DNA of 64,000 nt from Nannocystaceae bacterium (GTDB taxonomy: Bacteria > Myxococcota_A > Polyangia > Nannocystales > Nannocystaceae), in the NCBI GenBank assembly GCA_041389865.1, contig JAWKRA010000004.1, positions 50,307 to 114,306 of the forward strand. Direction: 5' to 3'. Under the pieces are notes generated by a model. That model was not told the origin of the DNA, did not search any database, and was given only the letters and a program-made list of their open reading frames with translations. This document shows positions 48,348 through 58,650 of this stretch, in pieces (position 1 is the first letter of the stretch; each line of letters starts with the position of its first letter). The position numbers and the translations under genes were made by a program.

Positions 48348-49499
48348 TCAGAGGCCGAGCCACCGGGCGATGATATTGCGCTGAATCTCGGAGGTGCCAG
48401 AGTAAATCGTGCTGGCGACAGAATCGCGCAGCACCCGCTCGACGCCGTACTCGGCCATATAGCCGTAGCCGCCGAGCACCTGCACGGTGTCGAGCGCCGC
48501 ACGCAGCAGCGCCTCGCTGACGAACAGCTTGGTCATCGACGCCTCCAACGTGGCGTTTCGACCCTGACTCAAGCGCCAGCCTCCGCGATACGTGAGCAAG
48601 CGCGCGGCCTCGAGCTGTACTCTCATGTCGGCGATCTTGTGACCGACCGCCTGGAACTTGCCGATCGTCTGACCGAACTGTGAGCGGGTGCGCGCGTAGT
48701 CGATCGCCGTGCGCAGCAGCCGGGCCATCACGCCCACGTGGCTGGCGAACAGGCCGATGCGCTCCCAGTCCATCGAGCGCGTGAACTCGGCCGAGCCCGT
48801 GCCCGGCGAGCCGAGGATCGCCGAGGACGGCACGTACGCTTCGTCGAAGACGACCTCGCCCATCGGCGAGGTGCGCAGGCCCATCTTGGTGTCCGCGCGC
48901 GTCACCGAGACGCCCTTGGTGTCGGCCGGGACGATGAACGCGGTGATCTGCCCTTGGAAGCCCTTGTCGGGGTCGGTGACCGCGTAGACCAGGAACACGT
49001 CGCCGACCGGCGCGTTGGTGCTGAAGCACTTGGCGCCGGTGATGCGGTAGCCGTCGCCGTCGGGCAACGCGCGTGTCTTCATGGACAGGGCGTCTGAGCC
49101 AGACCCGGGCTCGGTCATGCAGTTGACCGCGATCAGCGAGCCGTCGCTGAGGCCCTGGAGGTAGCGGCGCCGCTGCTCCTCGTTGCCCGACTTCCAGATC
49201 GGCACGACGCACGAGAACAGGTGCGCGCCGAGGGAGAACACGAGGCCGCCGTCATCGCAGTGCTCGCCGAGCGACTCGAACGCGAGGATGGCGCTGAGCG
49301 CGTCGAGGCCCGCGCCGCCGTACTCGGCCGGGACCACGATGCCGGGCAGGCACATCTCGCCGCAGCGCTGCCACAGCTCGCGAGGGAAGACGCCGTCGCG
49401 GTCGCGCTCGATGACCTTGCCGTCGTTGAGGTGATCACGGGCGAAGCGCTGGATCGTTCGCTGCAGCTCGCGCTGGTCGGCCGTCAGCTTGAAGTCCAT
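48348..49499 (-). CDS. Acyl-CoA dehydrogenase
   Basis: Full-length 383-aa ACAD fold (MDFKLTADQRELQ...YGGYGY..EY..ER..RD). Confidence 0.9.
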   Translation of the reverse strand: MDFKLTADQRELQRTIQRFARDHLNDGKVIERDRDGVFPRELWQRCGEMCLPGIVVPAEYGGAGLDALSAILAFESLGEHCDDGGLVFSLGAHLFSCVVPIWKSGNEEQRRRYLQGLSDGSLIAVNCMTEPGSGSDALSMKTRALPDGDGYRITGAKCFSTNAPVGDVFLVYAVTDPDKGFQGQITAFIVPADTKGVSVTRADTKMGLRTSPMGEVVFDEAYVPSSAILGSPGTGSAEFTRSMDWERIGLFASHVGVMARLLRTAIDYARTRSQFGQTIGKFQAVGHKIADMRVQLEAARLLTYRGGWRLSQGRNATLEASMTKLFVSEALLRAALDTVQVLGGYGYMAEYGVERVLRDSVASTIYSGTSEIQRNIIARWLGL

Positions 49500-49544
49500 C
49501 GTCTCCGCCCTCCGCCGCCAGCCTACACGAATCCCGCCGCGGCA

Positions 49545-51083
49545 TCACCCGCGCGTCTTCAGCCGCTGGTAGTCGATCTTGTCGGTCGAGGTCTTGGGCA
49601 GGACGTCGAGCACCTCGAAGCGATCTGGGATCATGTACGCGGGGAGGTTTCGCGCGCAGTGCTGCTTGAGCGCGAGCACCGACGGCGGCGCCGACCCCCC
49701 GCAGGCGAGGAACGCCTTGATCACCAGGCCGTCGCCCTCCGGCAGGGCCAAGACCGCGACCTCCTCGAGCGCCTCGTGGCGATAAAGCGCCGCCTCGATC
49801 TCGCCCAGCTCGACCCGGTAGCCGCGCAGCTTGACCATTCGATCGCGGCGCCCGACGACCACGAGCGCGCCGTCTGCGTCCTCGAACCCGACATCGCCCG
49901 TGCGGTACCAGCCGTCATCGGTGAAGGCCGCGCGCGTGCGTTCGGGCAGGTTCAGTAGCCGCGCGTCACACCTGGCCAAAGCACTGGGCTCGCCTCCTCG
50001 CCGACCGCGACGGGGCGCCGCGCTCGTCGGCGACTCGGACCTGCTGGTGCGGACAGGCCCGACCGATCGGGTACGGCGCTCCGCTCTGCTGGGATCTGCG
50101 CCGGGGTCTCCTGAAACGTGCAGACGTTGGTCTCGGTCAGCCCGTAGGGTTGAAGTAGCGCGGCGCCGGCCACAGGGCCGTCAGCGCGCAGGTGTGACCG
50201 GGAACACCTCGCCCGGCGAACAGGACGATCCGCGGCATGCGCGAGTCGTAGCGATCGAGCCGCCCGTACTGGGCGAGCATCGCCAGGATCGACGGCGCCG
50301 AGTACCACACCGTGATCTGCTGGCGTGCGATCCACTGCGCCAGGCTCCGCGGCTCGCGGGCGACCTCCTCGGCGACAGGTGAACGCTCGCACCTGCCCCG
50401 AGGGGCACGTACAGATCGAGGATCGAGAGGTCGAAGTGGAACGGCGCGTGCGACGAGTAGCGATCGTCCGGGGTCGGCGAGGTCAGGTCGCTGGCCCAGT
50501 CGACGAACGAGACCGCGTTCTCGTGGGAGATCATCACCCCCTTGGGCAGGCCGGTCGAGCCTGACGTGTAGAGGATGTAGGCGAGCTCCTCGGGCGCCGG
50601 CTCGCTGGTCGCGCACGGCTCGCTCGCTCGCTCGGCGAGCGCCTGATCAAGACCGCCGACCTCGGTGCGCACACGCACGATCCGCGGCGCGGCGCCGCCG
50701 GCCGCGAGCGCCTCCTCGAGCGCCGGCGCGAGCGACTCCTCGACGAACACGACCGCGACGGCGCAGTCGCCGAGGATGTAGGCGCCGCGCGAGGCGGGCG
50801 CGCTCGGGTCGACCGGCACGTAGGCGGCGCCTCGCTCGAGCGCGCCGAGGATCACCGCGACCACGTCGCTCGACTTGTACATGCACAGGCCGACGCGATC
50901 GCCGGGCGCGACGCCGACGGCGTGGAGGAAGTCACGGACCTTGCCAGCGCGGGCGCGCAGCGCCTCGTAGCTGACCTCATGGTCACGTCGCGGATCGCTG
51001 ACCGCGACCCGCTCCGGGTGCCTCGCCGCCGCCGCGAGGAAGCTCCCGTGCAACGACCGGGGGGCCTCGCCGCCGTCCTGCAT
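49545..51083 (-). pseudogene. Adenylate-forming enzyme (acyl-AMP/CoA ligase) split across four frames
   Basis: ILYTSGSTGLPKGV (A3) lies in 50181..51083. YGLTETN lies in 49952..50392. GDVGFEDADGALVVVGRRDRMVKLRGYRVELGEIE (A8–A10) lies in 49545..49979. At least three frameshifts. Confidence 0.6.
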
Positions 51084-51085
51084 GG

Positions 51086-51340
51086 CTAGTCGCGCTTGGA
51101 GAGCACGAACCGAGCGATCGCGTCGATCGAGCCGAGGTTCTCGATTCGAACGTCCTCAGGGCTGATCTCGATGTCGTAGGTCTCCTCGAGGAAGGCGAAC
51201 ATCCGCAGCGCTTCCATCGAGCGGAGCAAGCCGCTCTTTACCAGCGACAGCGAGTCCGTGATCTCGTCCGGGTTCCCCCCAGGGACAATCTCCTGCACGA
51301 TGAACTCTCGAATCGTCAGCTTGATCGCACTCTCGTCCAT
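51086..51340 (-). CDS. Acyl carrier protein
   Basis: 84 aa with phosphopantetheine attachment motif ITDSLSLVKSGLL. Confidence 0.75.
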   Translation of the reverse strand: MDESAIKLTIREFIVQEIVPGGNPDEITDSLSLVKSGLLRSMEALRMFAFLEETYDIEISPEDVRIENLGSIDAIARFVLSKRD

Positions 51341-51721
51341 ACAGAACGCTCCCTAGCAGCCCGTCCACTCCCGCGCCGGGAGGCGGCACGCGACGTGACT
51401 CGACATGGGTTGATTGTAGAGAGACGCGGCGGGTTTGCAAAGCGCCGTGTTCGACGCGCTCTCCTGTCGCGACGCGCATGAACGCGCAGCCAGGCGACGC
51501 GCGCTGTCGGCCGACGCGCTGTCGCCCGACAGCCCGCCCGCCGCGCGCGCTGGTAGACCCGATGCACACACAATTGTGCGAACGTCGAGTAGGCGCTCGC
51601 CCGACTTCGCCCCTCCCACGCGCGACGCCGCGTCAGCAGTTGACCGGGAGCGCCGCGGTCTGCGAGAGTCGACGCAGGACAAGGACGTCTCCGCCCCGTC
51701 GCAGTCCCGAGCGCGAAACGA

Positions 51722-52702
51722 ATGGCCTCCCTCGACCGCATCGACGTGCACGCCCACGCCTTCCCCGAGGCGTACCTGCGCACCATCGGCAAGCGCTACC
51801 CGCAGAAGCTCAAGCTCCAGGAGCCGTGCAACGGCAAGCCGCTCATCGGCTACTGGTCGCGCTCGCCGTTGCCGTCCTGGGATCTCGACGCCCGGATCGC
51901 CGAGATGGATCGCGACCGGGTCCGCACCGAGGTGCTCTCGGCCCCGACGATCTACAGCCACCTCGACGACCAGAGCGCCGAGGACTGCCGGCTGCTCAAC
52001 GACTTCCAGGCCGACCTCGTCGGCAAGGCGCCGGGCCGGTTCCTCTCGCTCCTGCACCTGCCCGTCAACGACGTCGAGGCGTCGCTGCGCGAGCTCTCGC
52101 GCTGGAAGGACCGCTCCGAGGCGACCGGCGTGGTGTTCGGCTCGAACATGGGCGGCGTGTACCCGGGCGACCCGCGGCTGCTCCCGATCTGGGAGGCGAT
52201 CGACAAGCTCGGGATGCCGACGCTGATCCACCCGGTGCCGCCGCCGGCGGTCTACGGACCCGTCATCCCGACGATCCTCCTGTTCCCGCTCGACTCGACC
52301 ACGGCCGCGGCGTCGATCATCTACAGCGGGCTGTTTGAGCGGTTCCCGGGGCTCAAGATCATCATCCCGCACCTCGGCGGCGCGCTGCCGTTCCTGCGCG
52401 AGCGCCTCGACATGGCGATCGACATCGCCGGGTTCCCGACCGGGCAAGGGCAGGACCTCCCCAAGCGACCGAGCCGCTACGTCGATCGCTTCTACTTCGA
52501 TCTCGCGCAGGGCTACCACGGCCCGGCGTTCGACTGCACGTGCGCGGTCGCGGGGATCGACCACCTGCTCTATGGGACCGATCACTTCTTCCTCGACAGC
52601 GCCTGGCGCCCGCGGCTGGGCGCGTTCATCGACAGCCTGCCGCTGTCGGTGCGCGACCGAGCGGCGATCCTCCCGCGGCAACGCCGAGCGGATCTGCGGT
52701 AG
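51722..52702 (+). CDS. Amidohydrolase_2 family metal-dependent hydrolase or decarboxylase (ACMSD-like)
   Basis: IDVHAHAFP at the N-terminus, HLGGALPF, and a metal-binding Asp near the C-terminus (YGTDHFF). Confidence 0.8.
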   Translation: MASLDRIDVHAHAFPEAYLRTIGKRYPQKLKLQEPCNGKPLIGYWSRSPLPSWDLDARIAEMDRDRVRTEVLSAPTIYSHLDDQSAEDCRLLNDFQADLVGKAPGRFLSLLHLPVNDVEASLRELSRWKDRSEATGVVFGSNMGGVYPGDPRLLPIWEAIDKLGMPTLIHPVPPPAVYGPVIPTILLFPLDSTTAAASIIYSGLFERFPGLKIIIPHLGGALPFLRERLDMAIDIAGFPTGQGQDLPKRPSRYVDRFYFDLAQGYHGPAFDCTCAVAGIDHLLYGTDHFFLDSAWRPRLGAFIDSLPLSVRDRAAILPRQRRADLR

Positions 52703-52703
52703 T

Positions 52704-53367
52704 TCACAGATCGACGGGGCGCGTCGACGCTTCAGCGAGCACCGACTCGAAGCGGCGCACGGTGAGGCCGGCGCCGCGACGCAGCGCGACCGCGATCGAT
52801 GCGGCCGGCCAGGCTCCGGGCAGGCGAAAGCGCCGAACCGCGAGGTCATCATCGATCGTCCCCGAGAGCCAAATCTGTATCTCGGGACCGCCGAGCGTGT
52901 AGGCGAAGTCGCCGAGCGGGAGCGCGAGCCCCATGCCGCGAGCCTTGATGTAGGCCTCCTTCCCAGGCGTCCAGTAGTCGAAGCGATCGCGCTGCGCCGG
53001 CTCCGGGAGCGCGCGCAGGGCCGCGACCTCGGGCGCCGCGAAGAAGTGCTCGGCGATCGAGATCCCCGACGAGCGCCGCGACGTGTCCTCGACGTCGACG
53101 CCGATGTCGCCGCGAGCGACGGCGCACACCGCCAGTCCGTCGGTGTGCGAGAGGTTGTGGCGCAGGCGCCCGAGCCGATAGGCGGGGTCGAGGAGGTCCG
53201 GTCACGTCCGTGCGGGCCGATCGTGAACTACCGCAACGCCGCCGGCGGGCGCCCGCGTAGGCCGGAAGGCGTGACCCGGGCGAGCGCGTGGCTGACGAGG
53301 TAGGGGTGGCGGGGTGACGGTTGAACAGGTAGCAGCCGTGACGCCGTCGCTCCTCGTCGTCGAGCAT
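52704..53367 (-). pseudogene. Sfp-type 4'-phosphopantetheinyl transferase with a frameshift
   Basis: RLRHNLSHTDGLAVCAVARGDIGVDVED and WTPGKEAYIKARGMG lie in one frame that opens at an internal stop. The N-terminal MLDDEERRRHG lies in another frame. Confidence 0.5.
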
Positions 53368-53569
53368 CGCGCGGTAAGCCGCCAGCAGATCGGGATCGAG
53401 GATCTGCTCGGGGGCGCGCCCGGTACGTGGACCTCCCCTCCGCGAAACCGGCGCCCGCTCTGCCGTCGAGGGCAGGTCTCCTCCCCGCGCGCCGGGGTCA
53501 AGTGTTGCAGAACCCGGCCGCGCGGGTCACTCTCCCGGGCGCATGACGAGCGCACTGGCAGACGCGGGG

Positions 53570-54750
53570 TCTTGCTCATCAACCTCCGGCACCCCGACGC
53601 GCCGACGACCGCCGCCGTTCGCCGCTATCTCCGCGAGTTCCTCACCGGCGGATCCGCGGGTCATCGACCCGTCCCCGCCGCTGTGGCGAGGCGGATCCTC
53701 TGCTGATCATCTTGCCGCCGCGGGCCCGCGCCTCGGCCGCGGCCTACCGCAAGATCTGGGAGCCCGACGGCTCGCCGCTGCGGGTCCACGGCGAGAAAAA
53801 CGCTCGCGCGCGGCGTCGCGGCCCAGCTGCCCGACGCCAGGAGGTCGCGCGCGGCGATGCCTTGCTGACGCGCCGTCGATCGAGGACGGGCTCTCGCAGC
53901 TGGCCGCGCGGCTGCGACCGCGTCACCGTGCTCCCGCTCTACCCGCAGTACGCCGCAAGCTCGACCGGCTCGACGCTCGGGCGCGGCATCTACATGGCTC
54001 GCCGCGCGCCTGTGGAACACGCCCAACCTCCGGGTAATCCCGCCGTTCTACGCCGATCGAGACCTCGACGCAGCCGCGCAGCGCGGGCGCGACACCCTGG
54101 CGAGCTTCCCCGCCGACCACGTGCTGTTCAGCTTCCACGGCCTGCCGGGCAGATTCACAAGGCGATCTAACGGCCCGGTGCCTGCGCGACGGCTGCTGCG
54201 ATCAGCTCACCGGCCTTAACCTCTACTGCTACCGCGCCAGTGCTTCTTTTGCCGCCCACGCGCTCGCCTCGCGCATGGGGCTCGCGCGCGAGCCGCTACA
54301 CGATCTGCTTTCAGTCGCGGCTGGGGCAGGACGCCGTGGATCCGCCCGTTCACCGACGAGCTGCTCGTCAGCCTGCCGGCCCAGGGCGTCCGGCGGCTGG
54401 CGGTGCTGTGCCGAGCGTTCGTCGCCGACTGCCTCGAGACGCTCGAGAGATCGGGCTGCGGGCCGCCGCCGACTTCAAGGTCGCCGGCGGCGAGCTGCGG
54501 CTCGTCCCGCCGTCAACGCCGAGCCGGCGTGGATCGACGCGGTCGCGCGGATGGTCGCCGAGCCGGGCCCCCGGCTCCCTGTCCTACCAGACATGTCACG
54601 GCGACCGCGCGACCGCGCGAGTCGGCGTAGCGGCCCGCGGCGATCAAGCCTCGAACACCTGTCTCATTCGACAGGTAGAAAGCTCCGGCGCGACCGCGGC
54701 TCGACGCGTCTCCACGGCGCGCGGAGCGAGCGGCCCGTCGCGGCCTGAAT
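53570..54750 (+). pseudogene. hemH: Ferrochelatase broken by at least 6 frameshifts
   Basis: Conserved blocks appear in all three plus frames: VLLINL..PDAPTTAAVRRYLREFL, DPRVIDPSPPLW, AAAYRKIWEPDGSPL, SIEDGLSQLAAR, GCDRVTVLPLYPQYAASSTGSTL, NLRVIPPFY, HVLFSFHGLP, YTICFQSRLGQDA, GVRRLAVLCRAFVADCLETLE. Confidence 0.6.
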
Positions 54751-54756
54751 GAAGGG

Positions 54757-55278
54757 TCAGGCCAGCCCGAGCAGATCGACGTAGGCGACCGCGACCCGGT
54801 CCTCGTCGGCGAGCTCGAGCGCGGCCGACAGCGCCGCGAGCCGGCGCCGGCCCGCGTCCTCGTCGAGCTCGGGGCCGAGCACCGCCTCGAATTCGACGAA
54901 CGCGCCGAGCCCCTCGACCTCGTCGAGGTGGATCCGAACGCCGCGCCAGCAGAGCAGCTCGCGACGCTTGCAGACCTGGCCGCGGACGCCGAGCGCGGCC
55001 GCGAGCGCCTCGGCCAACGCCGGCGCGTCGGCGACCGGGACCAGGCGATAGTCGCTCGCGCGCGCCGAGGCGGCGTCGGCCCGGCGGTACCAGATCAGCT
55101 CGGCGTCGCCGCTCGAGGACTCGCGCAGCTTGAGCCGCCCGTCTCGGCAGTGAAAGAAGGTGTCGCGCTGGGTCAGCGACCAGCGCCACGTAGCGCCGAG
55201 CTCGAGCGCGGCGGCCCGCGCCCGCGCAAGCGACGGGTGACGGGCCTTGAGCTCGATGTTGCGCCGCGGCCCGCTCAC
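54757..55278 (-). CDS. CYTH-domain protein (class IV adenylate cyclase / triphosphate tunnel metalloenzyme family)
   Basis: NIELKAR at the N-terminus (the ExExK-type motif) and a 173-aa size typical of CyaB-like proteins. Confidence 0.7.
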   Translation of the reverse strand: MSGPRRNIELKARHPSLARARAAALELGATWRWSLTQRDTFFHCRDGRLKLRESSSGDAELIWYRRADAASARASDYRLVPVADAPALAEALAAALGVRGQVCKRRELLCWRGVRIHLDEVEGLGAFVEFEAVLGPELDEDAGRRRLAALSAALELADEDRVAVAYVDLLGLA

Positions 55279-55793
55279 CCGGTCTTGCGCCTCCGCGCCG
55301 CCGGGCCGCGCCGAGCCCCCGCGAGCCGCAGCACGGCCTCGAAGTGGCCGGCCTCGACCGGCTGGACCGACAGGCGCATGCCCTTTTGGACCACCATCAT
55401 CTTGGCGAGCGACGGGTCGGCCTTGAGCGCCTCGAGGGTGACGACCTCGTCGAAGCGCTCGACGAACTCGACGTCGACGAGCAGCCAGCGCGGGTCCTCG
55501 CGCTTCGACTTGGGATCGTAGTAGCGCGACTTGGGGTCAAACGCGGTCTCGTCGGGGTAGGCCTGGCTGGCGACGCGCGCGAGGCCGACGACCCCGGGGG
55601 GTGTCGCGCTCGAGTGGTAGAACAGCGCCCAGTCGCCGACCGCCATGTCGTCGCGCATGTAGTTGCGGACCTGGTAGTTGCGGATCCCGTCCCACGAGGT
55701 CTTGCCGTCGCGGGCGAGGTCGTCGATGGAGTACGAGCCCGGCTCGCTCTTCATCAGCCAAAAACGGGGAGGTCTCGCGGTGCGGGCGGCCAT
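55275..55793 (-). CDS. EVE (PUA-like) domain protein
   Basis: FWLMKSEPGSYSIDDL...WDGIRNYQVRNYMRDDMAVGDWALFYHS matches the EVE signature. Its stop overlaps the CYTH start by 4 nt. Confidence 0.75.
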   Translation of the reverse strand: MAARTARPPRFWLMKSEPGSYSIDDLARDGKTSWDGIRNYQVRNYMRDDMAVGDWALFYHSSATPPGVVGLARVASQAYPDETAFDPKSRYYDPKSKREDPRWLLVDVEFVERFDEVVTLEALKADPSLAKMMVVQKGMRLSVQPVEAGHFEAVLRLAGARRGPAARRRKTG

Positions 55794-55979
55794 GGGTCCT
55801 TCCTGCCGCAGCGCGCGAATGCGCGCAACGCTGGGCACCCCCGGTGACGCGGGTTCCCTCACGAGGCGCTGCGCGGGCCGTCGATGGCGAGCCCGCGACC
55901 GGAGTCGCCGCGTCGGTCGGCGGCCGCGGCGGGAGCATCGTCGCCCGCGGCGACGCGACGCTCCTGGTAGAACATCCCG

Positions 55980-57089
55980 GTGCTCGCGCCGATGAGGCCC
56001 TCCCCCGCGCCCGCCGGGACCCAGGCGGTCCGCCGCGTGCTCGGAGCGGCGCTGCTCGCCTCGCCGTGGGTGCAGCGGCTCGGACGGATCAGCTTCCTCG
56101 GCACGCTCGACGCCCACCCGCAGAGCAAGGTCCGCTCGTCGCGGCTCGATCACTCGCTGTCGGTCGCGCGCCTGGGCCTCGAGGTCGCGCAGGCCGCTCG
56201 GCTGCCGGCGAGCGAGCGCCGCCACTTCGTCGCCGCCTGCCTGCTCCACGACATCGGCCACTACCCGCTCTCGCACGCCGCCGAGCCGGGCTTCGCCCGC
56301 GGCCTCGGCGTCGCCCACCACGCCGTCAGCGAGTGGCTGGTTCGAGGGACAGGTCCGATGGGCCCTGCGATGTCGCTGCGCCCGACGCTCGCGGCCGCCG
56401 GCCTCGACGCCGACGCGGTCTGGGCGATCATCGCCGGCGACGCCGCGGCGTCCAGGCTCGCGCCCTTGCTGCACGGCCCGATCAACCTCGACACCCTCGA
56501 CGGCATCGTCCGGGCCGCGCGCGCGTTCGGGCTCCGCGGCGTGCGGCTGCCGGAGCGCCTGTTTCACCTCCAGGACGGGCGCCCGTGGATCCGCGCCGCG
56601 GCGGTGCCGGTCGTCGATCGCTTCTGGGCGCTCAAGGATCGGGTCTACTGCCGGGTGATCAACCTGCCGTCGAACATCGTCTGCGAGGCGCGGATGTCCG
56701 AGGCGGTCGCGCGCCGCTACGATCGATCGATCTTCACCGGCTTCGCCAGCTTCGACGATGACGCGCTCGCCGAGCTGCTGCGCGAGCACGCGGCCGAGAG
56801 CGGGCTTACGCGCGGACGGGACGACGCGTTCCGCCTCGACGCGACGCCGGCGGCGGGCGAGCACCTCCAGCGCTCGCGCAAGCGCTACTTCATCGATCAC
56901 AGCGCGACCCCCGACGAGCGCGGCCTGCCGCTCGATCGTTGGGCGCGGCGCTACCGACACGAGCGACAGCTCCGCTTCCTCGTGCCGCACGATCCCGCCG
57001 TCCAGCTGTCGCTGCCGGGGCTCGGCGGCGGCCGGAGGTCCACGCGGCGCGGCGCCGCGCCGCTCGTCTCCGAGGAGCCCGAGATCTAG
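55980..57089 (+). CDS. HD-domain phosphohydrolase (dGTPase/SAMHD1-like core)
   Basis: QRLGRISFLG...RLDHSLSVARL...AACLLHDIGHYPLSHAAE contains the H...HD metal-binding motifs. Confidence 0.75.
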   Translation: MLAPMRPSPAPAGTQAVRRVLGAALLASPWVQRLGRISFLGTLDAHPQSKVRSSRLDHSLSVARLGLEVAQAARLPASERRHFVAACLLHDIGHYPLSHAAEPGFARGLGVAHHAVSEWLVRGTGPMGPAMSLRPTLAAAGLDADAVWAIIAGDAAASRLAPLLHGPINLDTLDGIVRAARAFGLRGVRLPERLFHLQDGRPWIRAAAVPVVDRFWALKDRVYCRVINLPSNIVCEARMSEAVARRYDRSIFTGFASFDDDALAELLREHAAESGLTRGRDDAFRLDATPAAGEHLQRSRKRYFIDHSATPDERGLPLDRWARRYRHERQLRFLVPHDPAVQLSLPGLGGGRRSTRRGAAPLVSEEPEI

Positions 57090-57329
57090 CCAGGAGTCCT
57101 CGCCGAACTCCGATCGCGAGCGCCACGTGCAGGAAAGGACAGGCAGCACGCCCTCATCGCTCCTCGACGCGCCGCCCGTGCGCCTCGCGTCCGGCCGGTT
57201 CGATCGGTCCTTCCATGCACATGGATCCCTCGTCCCAGGCCCTGGGGGAGCGCTCCGGGCTCGACGCGGCGACCCCCTGGCTCGTCGCGCCTGCTTCGAC
57301 CCCGCGGCGCCGCGCGGTGATCGACCTGT

Positions 57330-58394
57330 ATGAACGAGCAGGTTGACCCCGCGGCGCGCGACGACGAGGCGCCGTCGCTGTTCACCCTCGACGGGCCCAT
57401 CGACTACCGCGCCGCCTTTCCCGAGCTCGGGATCGATCCAGCCGAGGTGCCCGCGGTGGTCGCCGCCAGCGACACCTCGTGGGCGAAGATCGACGCCGCC
57501 CGCCGCCAGCTCGCGCGGCTCCACGCGCCGGGGCTCGCCTGCTTCGCGCTCGGCTCGGTCGGTCGCCTCGAGTCGTCGGCGATCAGCGACCTCGACCTCG
57601 CGGTCGTGCAGGTCGACCCGTCGCGCGACGCGGCCGCGTGCGAGCGGGACCGCGACGACGTCATCGCCTCGCTGCGCGCGCTCGGCCTCGACGTCCACCA
57701 AAAGACCTTCGATCGCGTGGTCCGCCTCGACGCGATCGTCCGCGACGTCGGCGGGCGCCACGACAGCAACGACCACCTGACCTACCGGGCGTTGCTCTTG
57801 ACCGAGGGCGCGTGGCTGCTCGGCGAGGGCGCGTGCTCCCAGGCGCTGCGGACCCTCTTCGAGGTCTACAGCCGCGGCCGCATCAGCCGCGGCCGCTCGC
57901 TGAGCTCGCTCGACAACGATCTGCAGCGCTACTACCGAACCCTCTGCGTCGACTACCGCTTCAAGGTCGAGGAGGCGCACAAGCAGTGGGCGGTCCGCAA
58001 CCTCAAGCTCCGACACTCGCGCAAGCTGTGGCGGCTCGCCAACCTCTCGCTGTTCTGCGCGGCCGCGGCCCAGCCCGAGCGGACGCGGGTGCGATGGATC
58101 GCCGCGCGCCTCGGCGCCCCGCCGCTGTGGCGGATCATCGAGGTGCTGCGCGGGCTCGACGGGAGCGGGCTGTGCGGTCCGCTGGTCCGCGCGTTCGATC
58201 CGTTCCTGGACGCGCTCGCCCGCCCCGAGACCCGCCGCGCGCTCGACGAGCTGGCCCACGAGCGGCGCTGGCAGTCGCCGATCTATCAATCGCTGCACGA
58301 GAACGGCGAGCGGCTCGAGGCGGCCGCCCACGCCGTTGTTGATCACCTGTGGACCCGCTGCCACGATCACCTGCTCCGCTTCGGCGTGCTGTGA
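57330..58394 (+). CDS. Pol-beta-superfamily nucleotidyltransferase (GlnD/GlnE/DUF294-like)
   Basis: ALGSVGRLESSAISDLDLAV matches G-S-x10-D-x-D like GlnD GGYGRGEL.P.SDIDL. A ~250-aa helical substrate-binding region follows. Confidence 0.5.
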   Translation: MNEQVDPAARDDEAPSLFTLDGPIDYRAAFPELGIDPAEVPAVVAASDTSWAKIDAARRQLARLHAPGLACFALGSVGRLESSAISDLDLAVVQVDPSRDAAACERDRDDVIASLRALGLDVHQKTFDRVVRLDAIVRDVGGRHDSNDHLTYRALLLTEGAWLLGEGACSQALRTLFEVYSRGRISRGRSLSSLDNDLQRYYRTLCVDYRFKVEEAHKQWAVRNLKLRHSRKLWRLANLSLFCAAAAQPERTRVRWIAARLGAPPLWRIIEVLRGLDGSGLCGPLVRAFDPFLDALARPETRRALDELAHERRWQSPIYQSLHENGERLEAAAHAVVDHLWTRCHDHLLRFGVL

Positions 58395-58650
58395 TCACGC
58401 GCCTCGCTCGAGCCGAAGGACCTCGGCGCGGGGCGAGCGGTCGCCGACCGCGGCGGATCACATGTCTTCTTGAGCAGGTTCTCTCCGAAACCGCGGAGCT
58501 GCACGATCAGACAGGCCACGGAGCGCCGACGCCACGTCACGGAGCCTGGTGAGCGAGCCGCGTCGGCGGACGCCCCGATCGCTGTCGCCGAAGCCTGAGA
58601 GCCCGCTCGTCGGCGTTCGGCGCCGCGATCACCCGACGCCGCGCGGAATC

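Noticed and set aside
55794-58370. Upstream 860 codons of the 1031-aa minus ORF 55275..58370
   Set aside because: Only the last 172 codons (the EVE domain from the ATG at 55793) are coding. The rest is antisense to the HD and NTase genes.
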